Shown here piece by piece: positions 18,212 to 28,449 of a stretch of 64,000 nucleotides of DNA. The stretch covers positions 146,303 to 210,302 of the forward strand of contig JACOXI010000004.1 of NCBI GenBank assembly GCA_016176335.1, given 5' to 3'. A program made the position numbers and the translations under genes. Source of the DNA: Candidatus Daviesbacteria bacterium (GTDB lineage: Bacteria > Patescibacteriota > Microgenomatia > Daviesbacterales > UBA10151). Position 1 is the first letter of the stretch, and each line of letters opens with the position of its first letter. Under the pieces are notes generated by a model. It searched no databases and had not been told where the DNA came from. It saw nothing but the letters and a program-made list of their open reading frames with translations.

Positions 18212-19390
18212 GCGGATATCCGCGGTTCCTAAAAGTATTCCTCTTTGCAGAGTAAATTCACCGTAGCGGTTATTTATGCTATCAATTGTTTGTATGACCT
18301 TTTCTTGCCGACTGATTTCAGGCAAAAGACTCAAATTTTGAGGATTTTGTGGCTTCAGATTAGAGATAGACACACCAATCATACGGATCTTACCTCCAGG
18401 CCATATCTGATTAAAAATTTTCCAAGCAGTCTTAAATATCTCCAGCCCGTCATTGATATATGGAATGGTTATCTGCATACTTTCTCCATTAAACACTTTC
18501 CCAGCTGATCGGTACCAACAATGGACAGTTTTACCAACCAATTTTTTCGCCCGCAATCTTCGGGCTATTAATTCTGCTAGCTTAAATAGAATTTGCTTAA
18601 TCTCCACCGAATCATCAGTGTCGTGGTCAATGGTGTGCCGGTGGCCTATTGATTTGACCTCTGTTTTTTGCCAAAAAGGAATAATTGGACTCTCATCTAT
18701 TCCCCTGGCCATGTTATACAAGATTTGACTGTAACTTTTAAATGAGGCTAAAAGCCACGGTAAAGGAACCTGGCGCAGAGTCTTGAAGTTAAATATCCCC
18801 ATGTTGTTAAGTCTTGTTTTAATCCTTGATCCTATGCCGCAGATTTGATCTAGGTTGATGGTATCCAATATCGCAATGGCTGCTTTTTGATCAGGAATAA
18901 CCACCAAACCATCAGGCTTTTGTAAAGATCCGGCCAGCTTGGCCATTAATTTGTTGTATGAAATCCCAATTGAACAAGTGATCCACTCACCTACTTCTTG
19001 CTGTATACGTTTTTTGATCTCTTGAGCCAATTCTACTGTACCCTGTAACCTGTTACCTGTAACCTCTAGAAACACTTCGTCAATTGAAAATACTTCCAAA
19101 TATGGGCTGTAGTCCTTTAAAATACCTAAAAAACGTTTAGTTACCTCCAGATACTTATCAGAATCCCCTTGAACCAAAATAATTTGCGGGCATAATTTTT
19201 TAGCCTCCCATATTTGCATTCCTGTTTTTACTCCAAACTGTTTAGCCTCAATAGAGGCTGCCCCAATTACTGTCCTTTCCATACGATCTCCACCAGTTAC
19301 CCCAATAGGTTTTCCTCTTAATCTGGGATTTGCCTGTTGTTCAACAGTGGCAAAATAGCTGTTAAAATCAATATGGATTATGCTTCGCAT
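18167..19390 (-). CDS. dinB: DNA polymerase IV (Y-family)
   Basis: IDFNSYFATVEQ N-terminal motif. Palm, thumb and little-finger architecture over 407 aa. Confidence 0.9.
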   Translation of the reverse strand: MRSIIHIDFNSYFATVEQQANPRLRGKPIGVTGGDRMERTVIGAASIEAKQFGVKTGMQIWEAKKLCPQIILVQGDSDKYLEVTKRFLGILKDYSPYLEVFSIDEVFLEVTGNRLQGTVELAQEIKKRIQQEVGEWITCSIGISYNKLMAKLAGSLQKPDGLVVIPDQKAAIAILDTINLDQICGIGSRIKTRLNNMGIFNFKTLRQVPLPWLLASFKSYSQILYNMARGIDESPIIPFWQKTEVKSIGHRHTIDHDTDDSVEIKQILFKLAELIARRLRAKKLVGKTVHCWYRSAGKVFNGESMQITIPYINDGLEIFKTAWKIFNQIWPGGKIRMIGVSISNLKPQNPQNLSLLPEISRQEKVIQTIDSINNRYGEFTLQRGILLGTADIRRKPNPYLSDRRFKI

Positions 19391-19461
19391 AAGTAGTCGT
19401 CAGCTTTCAGTCTTCAGCTATCAGATTTCTTGTCTGACGACTGACGTCTGATGACTGATAG
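19391..19461. promoter_or_regulatory. nested inverted repeats (AGTCGTCAG/CTGACGACT and AGCTATCAG/CTGATAGCT) immediately upstream of dinB
   Basis: Read directly from the sequence. Could be an operator or a terminator between the 80-aa ORF and dinB. Confidence 0.35.
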
Positions 19462-19704
19462 CTATTCTTCCTCTACTGCCTCTAATATCCACTTCATCTT
19501 ACTGGTATCCAACCTTAATCTATAAAAGTTCCCGCCAGATGATACTGAAAAGTGGTAAAAAGTATTGCTGCCATTTTTAGAGGTATGGACTAAATTAATT
19601 TTTTCCACCTTAATTTGCCTGCCATGCCAGAAGAAATAAGAAGGGTGAATTTGACTGCCTTGAAAAAACACCCAGACATTAACAGGCTCTTGAATTTCTA
19701 GCAT
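19462..19704 (-). CDS. hypothetical protein
   Basis: 80-aa ORF upstream of dinB on the same strand. Confidence 0.4.
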   Translation of the reverse strand: MLEIQEPVNVWVFFQGSQIHPSYFFWHGRQIKVEKINLVHTSKNGSNTFYHFSVSSGGNFYRLRLDTSKMKWILEAVEEE

Positions 19705-19751
19705 AGACTACATTATTACCCAAATAAAATCCGAAAATCAAGAAGTAAACT

Positions 19752-21705
19752 TTATCTACGAAGCAGTCTTTCGAGAAGCGATCTATGATCCTGAGAGGGT
19801 TTACCGCTCAAGTGTCCTATGAGTATTGGTTGGGAGGTCTCTACTCTTTGTATTCTTCTTGCCAAGATCTGATCTGGGGTTAAATGACCAAACTCCAGTT
19901 CAACCCAAATCATATCTTCCCTGATAGCCAAAGCTGTAGCTAAAGGGTTACTTTGAGCTCCCCCTTTAGGTTCTCTAATAATCTTGTCTATTAGACCTCT
20001 CTCCGCTAAGAAACTGGCTGTGGGTTTCATTCCTTCGGCTGTCCTGATGATATCCTCATAAGTAGGATTTTATATAATATTTGTGCTGCTGATCTGGGTT
20101 CTGCCACATACTCCTGGGCGCCTTCTAACATAGCCGCATAATCAGTTGTAAAATCCAAAGCTAGGTGTCCTCCGCTACCGCCTACCCCTATCAGGTAGCC
20201 ACTGGTAAAATAAGGAAAGTCCAATTGAGCTTTTAAACCGTAGGCAATCCCTCTAAATTGAGTAGCTAACTCATCCTCTATTTTAGGCCTGGCACCAAAA
20301 GTGTGAACAAATGTAGTAATTTGATACTTTAATCTTTCTGCATACGATATTACTGCTAACTCATATTGATAATCCCAGGCAGTAGGATTAGAGTGAGATT
20401 GATCTATGGAGATTTTTCCATCGGGTCTTTGAATATAGCTGGGTTGATTACCTATCACCATTCTCATCAACCTTTTTGAGAGTCTGGGATCATCAATATA
20501 GGCTAAAGCGGCTACTATAGGAGGATACCTTAGATATTTGCTATCGTCTCTCCCGCTTGCTACTTTACCTGAAAACAGAGGTACAAAACCATCAAAAGTA
20601 TGTTGCAGGATGTATAAAGTGTCTGGCCGCCTAAGATCCCCGCTTAAAACCTTATGCTGATCCCAGACTGTTTCTGGTTTAATTGGAATAAATACCATTG
20701 GTAAATCTGCTCTTCGGTGTGACCTTAATACTCTACCTGGTCTAAAAGGTACATGAAAACCATTATGATCAAAATTTATACCGGTAATTTCACGATGATG
20801 TCTCGGTTTAGCAGGGGGTTGATCGGCATTAACTATAATATCCAGCTTCCTTTGCAAATAATTCAAGAGCTCTGCCAGATTATTTAGAATAACATGCACA
20901 GCTCTATTGTTTTCAAAACTATTTTCCACTGTTTGAGCCTCGGCAGGTGGTGTTTTACTCTCATATTCGCCAATAACATCAGGACCGGCAAAACCCATAT
21001 TGCTATTTACCATACCAATTACCGAGTCTGCCATCGGTAATCCGCTGGCAGTCAGACCTCCCCAAACATTTCCCACCAGTACAAACACCAAGGGCTGGTT
21101 AGTTTCTTTCTTAAACTGGTTTAGAGCATGAACAGTTCTTTTCATTTCTCTTAAGCCGCTACTCCTTCTTGTTGTCTTTGTCCACCCGAAGCACAAACTA
21201 CAATCATAGGCACATTAGCTTGGATAGCCAAATTCTTAGCTCTAATAAATTTTTCTCCGGCTACCACCCCCGAAGTACCAGCCATAAACTCCCAATTAAA
21301 AATAATTCCCATAAAATTATTTTTACCCAAAGTACCAATCCCGTATGAGACTGCTTCATTTCTACCTTTTTGGCGTTCCTTAGCCATTTTCTGCTCATAG
21401 GTCTCAACTGTTCCATCAGGTAATACTCTTTTTAAGCCTACGGGATCTTTGATAACTACTAAGTCACCATCTAATTCACGGAGATGAACAGCTCTCCTAA
21501 AAGACTGCATAAAGGCTGGAACATCAATTTTCGGCCTCCCTTCCAAAAAATGTAAATTTCTAAACAAGGCTAGAGAAGCATCCCCCGGATGATCGCCAAT
21601 AATATCAGGGGGAATGTTGGGTCCGTCAGCTTCCGGGTTTGTTGCACTCATTTTAGGGGGTATCTTAACAGAAAAAATTCTGCTAGTAAATGATGGCTCT
21701 TGCAT
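19752..21705 (-). pseudogene. fused acetyl-CoA carboxylase carboxyltransferase (AccD-like beta domain + AccA-like alpha domain), interrupted by two frameshifts
   Basis: Three consecutive ORFs in different frames: 21705-21151, 21196-20027 and 20030-19752. Beta-subunit motifs FMAGTSGVVAGEK..CASGG.RQQEG. Alpha-like GVGGSGGHLALDF.. and C-terminal REPKGGAQSNP. A 1-nt shift near 21155 restores QEGVAALREMK. Confidence 0.6.
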
Positions 21706-21753
21706 TTTCTTATAAGGCCTGATATATAATAAACCCTCTGCCTGCTTTTAAAT

Positions 21754-22626
21754 ATGCCGGCACAGTTTGAATTAGAACCATCCGAAGCTGCCTTAGAAAA
21801 AAGAGCCTCCCGCTCTAATGTAATGATTCACGGAACAATCGGTAATGAATTTGCCGGGAAAGTAGCAATAGTTACAGGTGCCAGTAAATTAGAACCAATG
21901 GGTATTGGGGCTGCTACAGCAATAGAGCTTGCCAGGAGAGGTTTGAGAGCTGTCACTATAACTTCCACTCTGGAAAGTGAATCTCGAGCTAAAGAAACTG
22001 CCAAAAGAATTGCTCAAGAGGGAACCTACGTTTTATGGATGGGGGTAGACCATCGCCAAACAGTCGATAATATAGCAGTTGTTGAAGAAACTGTTGGAAA
22101 GTTTGGAGAAGTAAATTACTTAGTTGGCAATGCGGGCAGAATGCACATTAAACCATTACTTCGGGAAACTCATGAAGCCATTGATGATGATCTTAGTTTG
22201 ATGTTAGGGGCTCATGCCCATATGTCCAAAGCTTTAATTGATATTTGTCGACGCACTAAGACCTTAGATAGATTACATGGGATTGTTTTTGTGGGAAGTG
22301 TAATTGGGGATTTAGGAAGCATAGGTCAGATTGGTTACGGGACAGCTAAATCAGGGATAGATGGATTAGTAAGAAACCTTTATTTAGAACTGGGACATTA
22401 CGGAACTCGTGTCAATGCCATTCATCCTGGTTTTGTAGCTACAGAAATGACACAAGCTTTGCAGGGTGAACAGGGAGAAGCTTTTGCCCAAAAAAGGATT
22501 GTCCTAGGAAGAATGGCCCAACCTGAGGAAATTGCTAAAACCGTAGCATTTTTATTAGGACCAGATGCAAGCTATATTACTGGAACTTCACTGGTAGTTG
22601 ATGGTGGATTAAAATTTTTTGGATAA
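21754..22626 (+). CDS. SDR family oxidoreductase (FabG-like ketoreductase)
   Basis: KVAIVTGAS..GIG. NAG. YGTAKSG (Y-x3-K). PG. IHPGFVAT. Confidence 0.8.
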   Translation: MPAQFELEPSEAALEKRASRSNVMIHGTIGNEFAGKVAIVTGASKLEPMGIGAATAIELARRGLRAVTITSTLESESRAKETAKRIAQEGTYVLWMGVDHRQTVDNIAVVEETVGKFGEVNYLVGNAGRMHIKPLLRETHEAIDDDLSLMLGAHAHMSKALIDICRRTKTLDRLHGIVFVGSVIGDLGSIGQIGYGTAKSGIDGLVRNLYLELGHYGTRVNAIHPGFVATEMTQALQGEQGEAFAQKRIVLGRMAQPEEIAKTVAFLLGPDASYITGTSLVVDGGLKFFG

Positions 22627-22628
22627 AT

Positions 22629-24236
22629 ATGGAATCAGATAGAGAATTAACATCAAACAACTTACCTCTGGCTGGAAAAACTGCATTCGTTACAGGAGGA
22701 AATCGTGATATTGGTGCAGGAACAATTCGAGCATTGGCTCGTCTTGGAATAAGTAGAGTAGGCAGTATTCATCGAGATGAAAGAAAGGCAAAACGTGAGC
22801 CAGATGTTGTTAATTATGCTGCTGCACATGGGACAGATGTTAAATTTACTCTCGGAGATATTACGACACCTGAAGGTATACAAACAATTGCAAATATGAC
22901 AAACACTGAACTTGGAGGAAATTTAGATATATTAGTATTAAATACTTCTGGCCAAGGAAGAGATGTAAATGTAGTTGCTGCGAATGCAATTGTTGACGCT
23001 CTTTTACCCAAAATGAATCCGGGTGGAACAATTATGTTCAGACAAAGTGTTCCGGGGCATTATTATGAAGAACTTAGGCAACAAGGACGAGAAGGAGAAA
23101 TTCCAGAGTTTTATAGAGGAATTGCAGAAGTAAAAGGTGAAGGAGAGAAAACACTTCGTGCAAGAATTCCTGAGTTTAATGCCAAAGGGATAAGATTTTT
23201 AGTAGATTGTCCCCCTGAGGTTGCGGGTACAGGTAATATTAGATTATTTACCCGATTCGATAGAAGTTTTTCTGAAAAACACCGAGCACTTCTAGCATCT
23301 TTAGGACTTCCTCATATTATTCCTATCGAAGCAGTTGCACATGTATCTTCTCAAATGCTTGCAAATTCAAATCTGCCAACTGGGTATATAGAACTTTACA
23401 GAGAAACTCGAGATGTGCGCGGACCGCTTTCAAGATTCTATACGGATAGAACAACATATGCAGATCAAGTTAATGACAGATATAATTTTGCCACATTTAC
23501 AGTTCCAGAAACACACACTGATCGAAGTAATGAACCAGCGAATATAGAAGCCATCGAGTTTACGCAGGAAGGTGCAGTTGCCACAACTCACATAACAAAA
23601 GCTCATGCAAAAGATCATTTTAGAGATGAAGTTGGTTTAAATCCTCTTCCTTTGCATAAACAGGTACGAACAGTAGTAGAAGTTGCAGGTGCGATAGTAA
23701 ATAATGGGTCAGATTCACCAAAACGAGTAAGACTTTCTTCATTTGATGGAATACAGTGCATGGGAGCAATTATTCCAGGAACAACAATGGAAACAAGAAT
23801 TACTGTGACGGATCGAAACGATACTTCAATGACCTTTGATGTCCAAATTTCGCGCGATGGAAAACCAGTCACTTCAATGCAACAAGTAACTTGTATTGTA
23901 GAAGATGCCCCATCCTTGGAACAGGAATTACGGGAAAAGTTCTTATTAGAGGATCAAATTATAGAAACAGCAGCGCAAATGGCAGGAATGTTATCTTGGA
24001 ATGCAAATCAAGGGCAGGATTTTTCCCCGCTATTTTTATCAGTGGGTTCGGGCAGATTTTTTGAAAGAGCAAAGGCTGGAGATATCCTAACAGGATTAAT
24101 TAACACCAGACCAACAAGGAGAGGGTCAGACTCAGATGTGCTAATGATAACTGATGGAAGAGAATTAGCAGATATAAGGAGAATTAACTCTATCGTTGTA
24201 AGAACTAATGTTGTCAGAAGAATTTTAGGAATTTAA
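22629..24236 (+). CDS. two-domain protein: atypical SDR-like N-terminal domain + C-terminal hotdog (MaoC/dehydratase-like) domain
   Basis: N-terminal GKTAFVTGGNRDIGAGTIRALA. C-terminal about 130 aa with a hotdog-like pattern. 535 aa. Confidence 0.6.
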   Translation: MESDRELTSNNLPLAGKTAFVTGGNRDIGAGTIRALARLGISRVGSIHRDERKAKREPDVVNYAAAHGTDVKFTLGDITTPEGIQTIANMTNTELGGNLDILVLNTSGQGRDVNVVAANAIVDALLPKMNPGGTIMFRQSVPGHYYEELRQQGREGEIPEFYRGIAEVKGEGEKTLRARIPEFNAKGIRFLVDCPPEVAGTGNIRLFTRFDRSFSEKHRALLASLGLPHIIPIEAVAHVSSQMLANSNLPTGYIELYRETRDVRGPLSRFYTDRTTYADQVNDRYNFATFTVPETHTDRSNEPANIEAIEFTQEGAVATTHITKAHAKDHFRDEVGLNPLPLHKQVRTVVEVAGAIVNNGSDSPKRVRLSSFDGIQCMGAIIPGTTMETRITVTDRNDTSMTFDVQISRDGKPVTSMQQVTCIVEDAPSLEQELREKFLLEDQIIETAAQMAGMLSWNANQGQDFSPLFLSVGSGRFFERAKAGDILTGLINTRPTRRGSDSDVLMITDGRELADIRRINSIVVRTNVVRRILGI

Positions 24237-24261
24237 TTTTGAAAGAAGTTATATAAAAAAT

Positions 24262-25632
24262 ATGTCAGGATATGTTGAATCATCTACATATTGGGAATCT
24301 GCCAGAGCCAGAGGTGTGACTTTAAACAGAACTCCCGAAACTCGGGTAGTTGTAACCGGGATAGAGGCTATGACTCCTTTAGGATATCTCTCGGAAACCA
24401 TGCAAGCATTCCGGGAAAGTCGATCAGGGGTAATTTCCAGGGAAGTTGGAAATTGTCATACCAGACTTCAGGCCCCTCTTCCTGAATTATTTGATCCGAT
24501 GAGTGAGCTTACTAGAGAAGAGAGAAAAATGATGGGCTTTTTAGGTGCAATGGAGGTTGTGATTGCTCGAAGAGCCGGCAAAGCAGCAGGAGTAATTGGA
24601 GAAAATGGCCGATTATTGGATAGGGTAGCTCATAAAAATAGGGTTGGGGCATGGATTGGCAGCGGTATTGCAGAAGCTCCATATTTAATTGAGGTGGATA
24701 AACACTTGCATCGGGAAGTTAATGGTGTGGTAGATCCGGTGGCAAACTCCCGCCGTATTTCACCGACCTTAGCAGTCAGAGTTTTTCCAGAAGAACCAAA
24801 TGGAGATGTAGCAAGATTACTTGGTTTATCAGGAGAAAGTGGTAACACTGTCGAAGCTTGTGCTACAGGCGCTTCCAATATATATCATGGATATAAGTCA
24901 ATCTTAAGTGGAGAAAATGATATTGTTTTTGTCGGAGGTTTTGAAGAAACTCTTAGGGAGCATGCCAGAATGGTTCTTGGTATTTTTGCCGGTATTAACG
25001 CTCTATCTACCAGAAACGATAGCCCGGAAACTGCCAGTAGGCCATTTGATAGTGGTAGGGATGGTTTTGTGGCAGCTTCCGGTGGAGCATTGTTAGTTTT
25101 AGAGGGATTAAATCACGCATTAAGAAGGGAGGCCCCAATTTTGGCTGAAGTTTTAGGAGCAGCCAAATCAATTGATGGGCATGCTAAGACCGAATCACTC
25201 CCACTTCGGATTGCAGATACTATTGCCCAAGCACTTTATGATCCTTCTACAGGAGGACTTTGGAAACCTGACGGGTTTTTTGCTCATGCTACTTCCACCC
25301 AAATAGGCGATAAAAATGAAGCTGAAGCTTTTCAGCTTGTTTTTGGTGATGAAACTGGAGATATTCCGGTTACTGCCATTAAATCGTTTATAGGGCATAC
25401 TTTAGGAGGAGCTGGAGCTGTTAATGCTGCCGTAGCAATACAATCTTTACTGGATGGAGAAATTCCTCATATTCTGAACTTACAAAACCCCGATCCTGAA
25501 ATTACTAACGCAGTAAAGATGACCTTTGTCAGAAATCATTTTATGAAACATCCGATGAGAACTGCATTAGCAGTGGCTTATGGTTTTGGCGGGTATAATT
25601 GTGCATTACTACTTGGGAGGTATATACCTTAA
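24262..25632 (+). CDS. beta-ketoacyl-(ACP) synthase (KAS I/II-like, thiolase fold)
   Basis: Active-site VEACATGASN. Catalytic His motifs FAHATSTQIGD and GHTLGGAGA. ASRPFD. Confidence 0.88.
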   Translation: MSGYVESSTYWESARARGVTLNRTPETRVVVTGIEAMTPLGYLSETMQAFRESRSGVISREVGNCHTRLQAPLPELFDPMSELTREERKMMGFLGAMEVVIARRAGKAAGVIGENGRLLDRVAHKNRVGAWIGSGIAEAPYLIEVDKHLHREVNGVVDPVANSRRISPTLAVRVFPEEPNGDVARLLGLSGESGNTVEACATGASNIYHGYKSILSGENDIVFVGGFEETLREHARMVLGIFAGINALSTRNDSPETASRPFDSGRDGFVAASGGALLVLEGLNHALRREAPILAEVLGAAKSIDGHAKTESLPLRIADTIAQALYDPSTGGLWKPDGFFAHATSTQIGDKNEAEAFQLVFGDETGDIPVTAIKSFIGHTLGGAGAVNAAVAIQSLLDGEIPHILNLQNPDPEITNAVKMTFVRNHFMKHPMRTALAVAYGFGGYNCALLLGRYIP

Positions 25633-25634
25633 TT

Positions 25635-26501
25635 ATGGCAGCCGAAGATAACGCCTCTAGAATTAATCATCCTTTCCAAGATGGCAGAATGAATTTTACT
25701 GCTTTCTCCCGCTGTCTCGAATACCGTAGAGAGGTTGCAGAGTTAATGTTGGAAGCTTTGCCTTATCTTCCAGAAAGATTTACTCAGGTTGATATTGGTG
25801 CAGGGAATGGTCTAGGCACTCAAGTAACAAAAGGAATGACAGAAGTATTTTTACGGAGGGCAGCAGTCTACGGTATAGATCCTGACCCGTATGCCATAGC
25901 GCAAGCTTCCAAAGATACCCCATCTTCTGAAAGGTGTGAAATTGCTTTCATAGAAGGATTTGGTCAGGACATTGAAACTTTAGTGGCAGGCAGAATTCCT
26001 AAGGAAGGGGCTGATATGGTATCTATATTAGATGCAGTGCATGAATTTCCACCTGATGCTCAGTTCCCCATTATACAAGCTGGGGCACGGGTTTTAAGAC
26101 CTGGTGGAATCTTTGTGATGAATAGTACTTTTACCTCAATTGCTACGGAGGAAAACCCGGCTGCATGGGGTTTCCCGGCAGTAAAAGCAGCATTAAAGTT
26201 TGGAGGAAGGAAGGCCAAACAACCAGGTCTTCTTCAGAGGCCTCCGGAAGAATATACACAAATGCTTCGAAACACGGGCTTAGAGGTAATTTATTATCAG
26301 GTTGTAGGTGTAACATTACCAACCAGTGCAATGGTAGCTATTTGTCAGTATCCGGGATTTGTAGAAGGTGTCAGAAAAAGTTTTGTATTTGATAATGAGC
26401 CAACCTTGGAGCAGTTAAGCGAGGAGCTTCAGATACGTTATGGGAAATCTAGGCCGCTGCCGCGTAAATGGGTTCGATGGATTGGTCAAAAACCTGCTTA
26501 A
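25635..26501 (+). CDS. class I SAM-dependent methyltransferase
   Basis: VDIGAGNGLGT motif I. The start is placed at ATG 25635 just after the KAS stop. The track ORF 25599 overlaps the KAS. Confidence 0.7.
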   Translation: MAAEDNASRINHPFQDGRMNFTAFSRCLEYRREVAELMLEALPYLPERFTQVDIGAGNGLGTQVTKGMTEVFLRRAAVYGIDPDPYAIAQASKDTPSSERCEIAFIEGFGQDIETLVAGRIPKEGADMVSILDAVHEFPPDAQFPIIQAGARVLRPGGIFVMNSTFTSIATEENPAAWGFPAVKAALKFGGRKAKQPGLLQRPPEEYTQMLRNTGLEVIYYQVVGVTLPTSAMVAICQYPGFVEGVRKSFVFDNEPTLEQLSEELQIRYGKSRPLPRKWVRWIGQKPA

Positions 26502-26527
26502 CTTCTTAATGGTAGAATATATGGTTC

Positions 26528-28237
26528 ATGAGCAAGTTTAACATTACCTTAGGACTTCTGTTTTTCCTGTTCGTTATTCCCTGTATCATGTTTCCTGCCT
26601 ATGCTATAGTTGATCCCCTGTCTGTTCCCAATAACAAATTTGGCATCCATATTATCTCCGCCACCCCCAATGAATCCTCTCCTGCTGCCCAGCTTGTCAA
26701 TACCAACGGAGACTGGGGTTATCTGACCTTCCTCATAGAGAGTAAGGATAGAAATGAAAATAAATGGCAGACATTTTTTAATGATCTAAGGAGGCGTCAC
26801 CTTATTCCCATTGTTAGACTGGCCACAAAACCCGTCAATGAGCATTGGGAAAAACCCTATGAGGGGGAGGAAGAAGCTTGGGCAGATTTTTTAGATAAAT
26901 TAAATTGGCCTACCAAAAACAGATACATTGTCATTTATAATGAACCTAACCATGGCAAAGAATGGGGCAATGTTGTTGATCCTGCCACATATGCCAAAGT
27001 TTTGGATAAAACCATTGATGCTTTAAAAGAAAAATCTCCGGATTTCTTTGTAATGAATGCCGGCTTTGATGCTTCAGCCCCACACCAACCACCCAATTAC
27101 TTTGATGAGGTTAGTTTCCTGTCGGAAATGGATAAGTCTGTCCCGGGTATATTTGAAAAACTGGATGGATGGGTTTCACACTCCTATCCTAATCCCGAGT
27201 TTGCAGGTTCACCAAATGGAATCGGGCGAGGAACAGTTAGAACCTGGTTTTGGGAACTGCAGCAATTAAGGATTCTGGGAGTAACTAAAAATCTTCCTGT
27301 TTTCATAACTGAAACAGGTTGGAAACATGCCGAGGGGTTAGTGTATAATCCCAACTTTCCAGCTGAAGACACTATTGCAAATTATTACAGAAATGCTTTT
27401 GAGGATGCTTGGTCCGCCCAACGTATTGTGGCTGTAACTCCTTTTATACTCAATTACCAGCAATTCCCCTTTGACCATTTCTCTTTCAAAAAAGTTAACT
27501 CCGACAGCTTTTATACTTCTTTCCAAACTATAAAAGATCTGCCCAAGACAAAGGGACAGCCCATATGGGAAAACTTAGCAAAGCTGACTAAGGGTGAAGT
27601 TTATTCTTCTGTGGTGGCAGGAGAAACATATACTATCTACCTTACATTTGAGAATGTTGGTCAATCCATTTGGAATGGCTCCACAGGTGATCAGGTAAGA
27701 TTGATTCCTTTGGAAGGAGGAAAAGAATTAGGTATTTCAGAAATTGAATTACCCAAGGATAAAAAGATTGAACCAGGTCAAAACTATACTTTTACCATTA
27801 AACTCAAAGCTCCTAAAAGCGGCTCTTTTAAAGTATCTTTAAATTTATTTGAGGGTCAAAAACCATTTAATTCAAAGCCTTTACAATTTACCACCCAGGT
27901 TAAAGCACCTGTCATCTTAAAAATCCTGACCAAATTAAAATGGAAGGATTCGGCAGCAGGAGAGTATATTTTGAAAACCTCTGGGGCAATCGGTGAATCC
28001 ACCCAAAAGGTGATTATAAATTCGGCCGGCAGATCCGAACAATTTGAAGCCAGGTACCTGTTGCCTGATTACACCTTTAAATTCAGTTTGGAAAGACCCA
28101 ACTACAAACTTCAAACCATCCAACAAACTCTCAAAAGCGGTGAAAATACCCTTAATTTTGGAGAACTCCAACCTGATCTTATATCAAATATCTTTAATCC
28201 TTTAGAGCTTTGGAAACTTCTTCCCTTTTCAAAATAA
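26528..28237 (+). CDS. secreted glycoside hydrolase, clan GH-A (GH5-like), with C-terminal beta-sandwich domains
   Basis: Signal peptide. NEPNHG (catalytic acid/base Glu) and ITETGW (nucleophile Glu) motifs. About 250 aa of C-terminal extension. Confidence 0.6.
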   Translation: MSKFNITLGLLFFLFVIPCIMFPAYAIVDPLSVPNNKFGIHIISATPNESSPAAQLVNTNGDWGYLTFLIESKDRNENKWQTFFNDLRRRHLIPIVRLATKPVNEHWEKPYEGEEEAWADFLDKLNWPTKNRYIVIYNEPNHGKEWGNVVDPATYAKVLDKTIDALKEKSPDFFVMNAGFDASAPHQPPNYFDEVSFLSEMDKSVPGIFEKLDGWVSHSYPNPEFAGSPNGIGRGTVRTWFWELQQLRILGVTKNLPVFITETGWKHAEGLVYNPNFPAEDTIANYYRNAFEDAWSAQRIVAVTPFILNYQQFPFDHFSFKKVNSDSFYTSFQTIKDLPKTKGQPIWENLAKLTKGEVYSSVVAGETYTIYLTFENVGQSIWNGSTGDQVRLIPLEGGKELGISEIELPKDKKIEPGQNYTFTIKLKAPKSGSFKVSLNLFEGQKPFNSKPLQFTTQVKAPVILKILTKLKWKDSAAGEYILKTSGAIGESTQKVIINSAGRSEQFEARYLLPDYTFKFSLERPNYKLQTIQQTLKSGENTLNFGELQPDLISNIFNPLELWKLLPFSK

Positions 28238-28242
28238 ATCCT

Positions 28243-28266
28243 GAGCGTAGTCGAAGGATTGCTATA
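28243..28266. repeat. minimal copy of the GC-rich palindromic element (ATCCTGAGCGTAGTCGAAGGAT)
   Basis: Shares both terminal motifs with the copies at 1291-1315 and 62906-62968. Confidence 0.55.
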
Positions 28267-28396
28267 TTTTGATCCACTTTGTCCCAGTTGACAGGGAAAT
28301 ATTTGTATTATATAGTAACAGTACCTGTTTAAATCAAGTCGCAAGACAAGATTTACATTAGCTTTAGAACTAGTATAAACAGGTTTTCTAAGAAAG

Positions 28397-28424
28397 TCCC
28401 GCAAGGGGCTTTTTTAGTGGGCCA
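28397..28424 (+). terminator. hairpin GTCCC-GCAA-GGGGC followed by TTTTTT
   Basis: Read directly. Lies 25 nt upstream of tRNA-His. Confidence 0.45.
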
Positions 28425-28449
28425 AAATCAGGTACAATATAGGCAGTAT

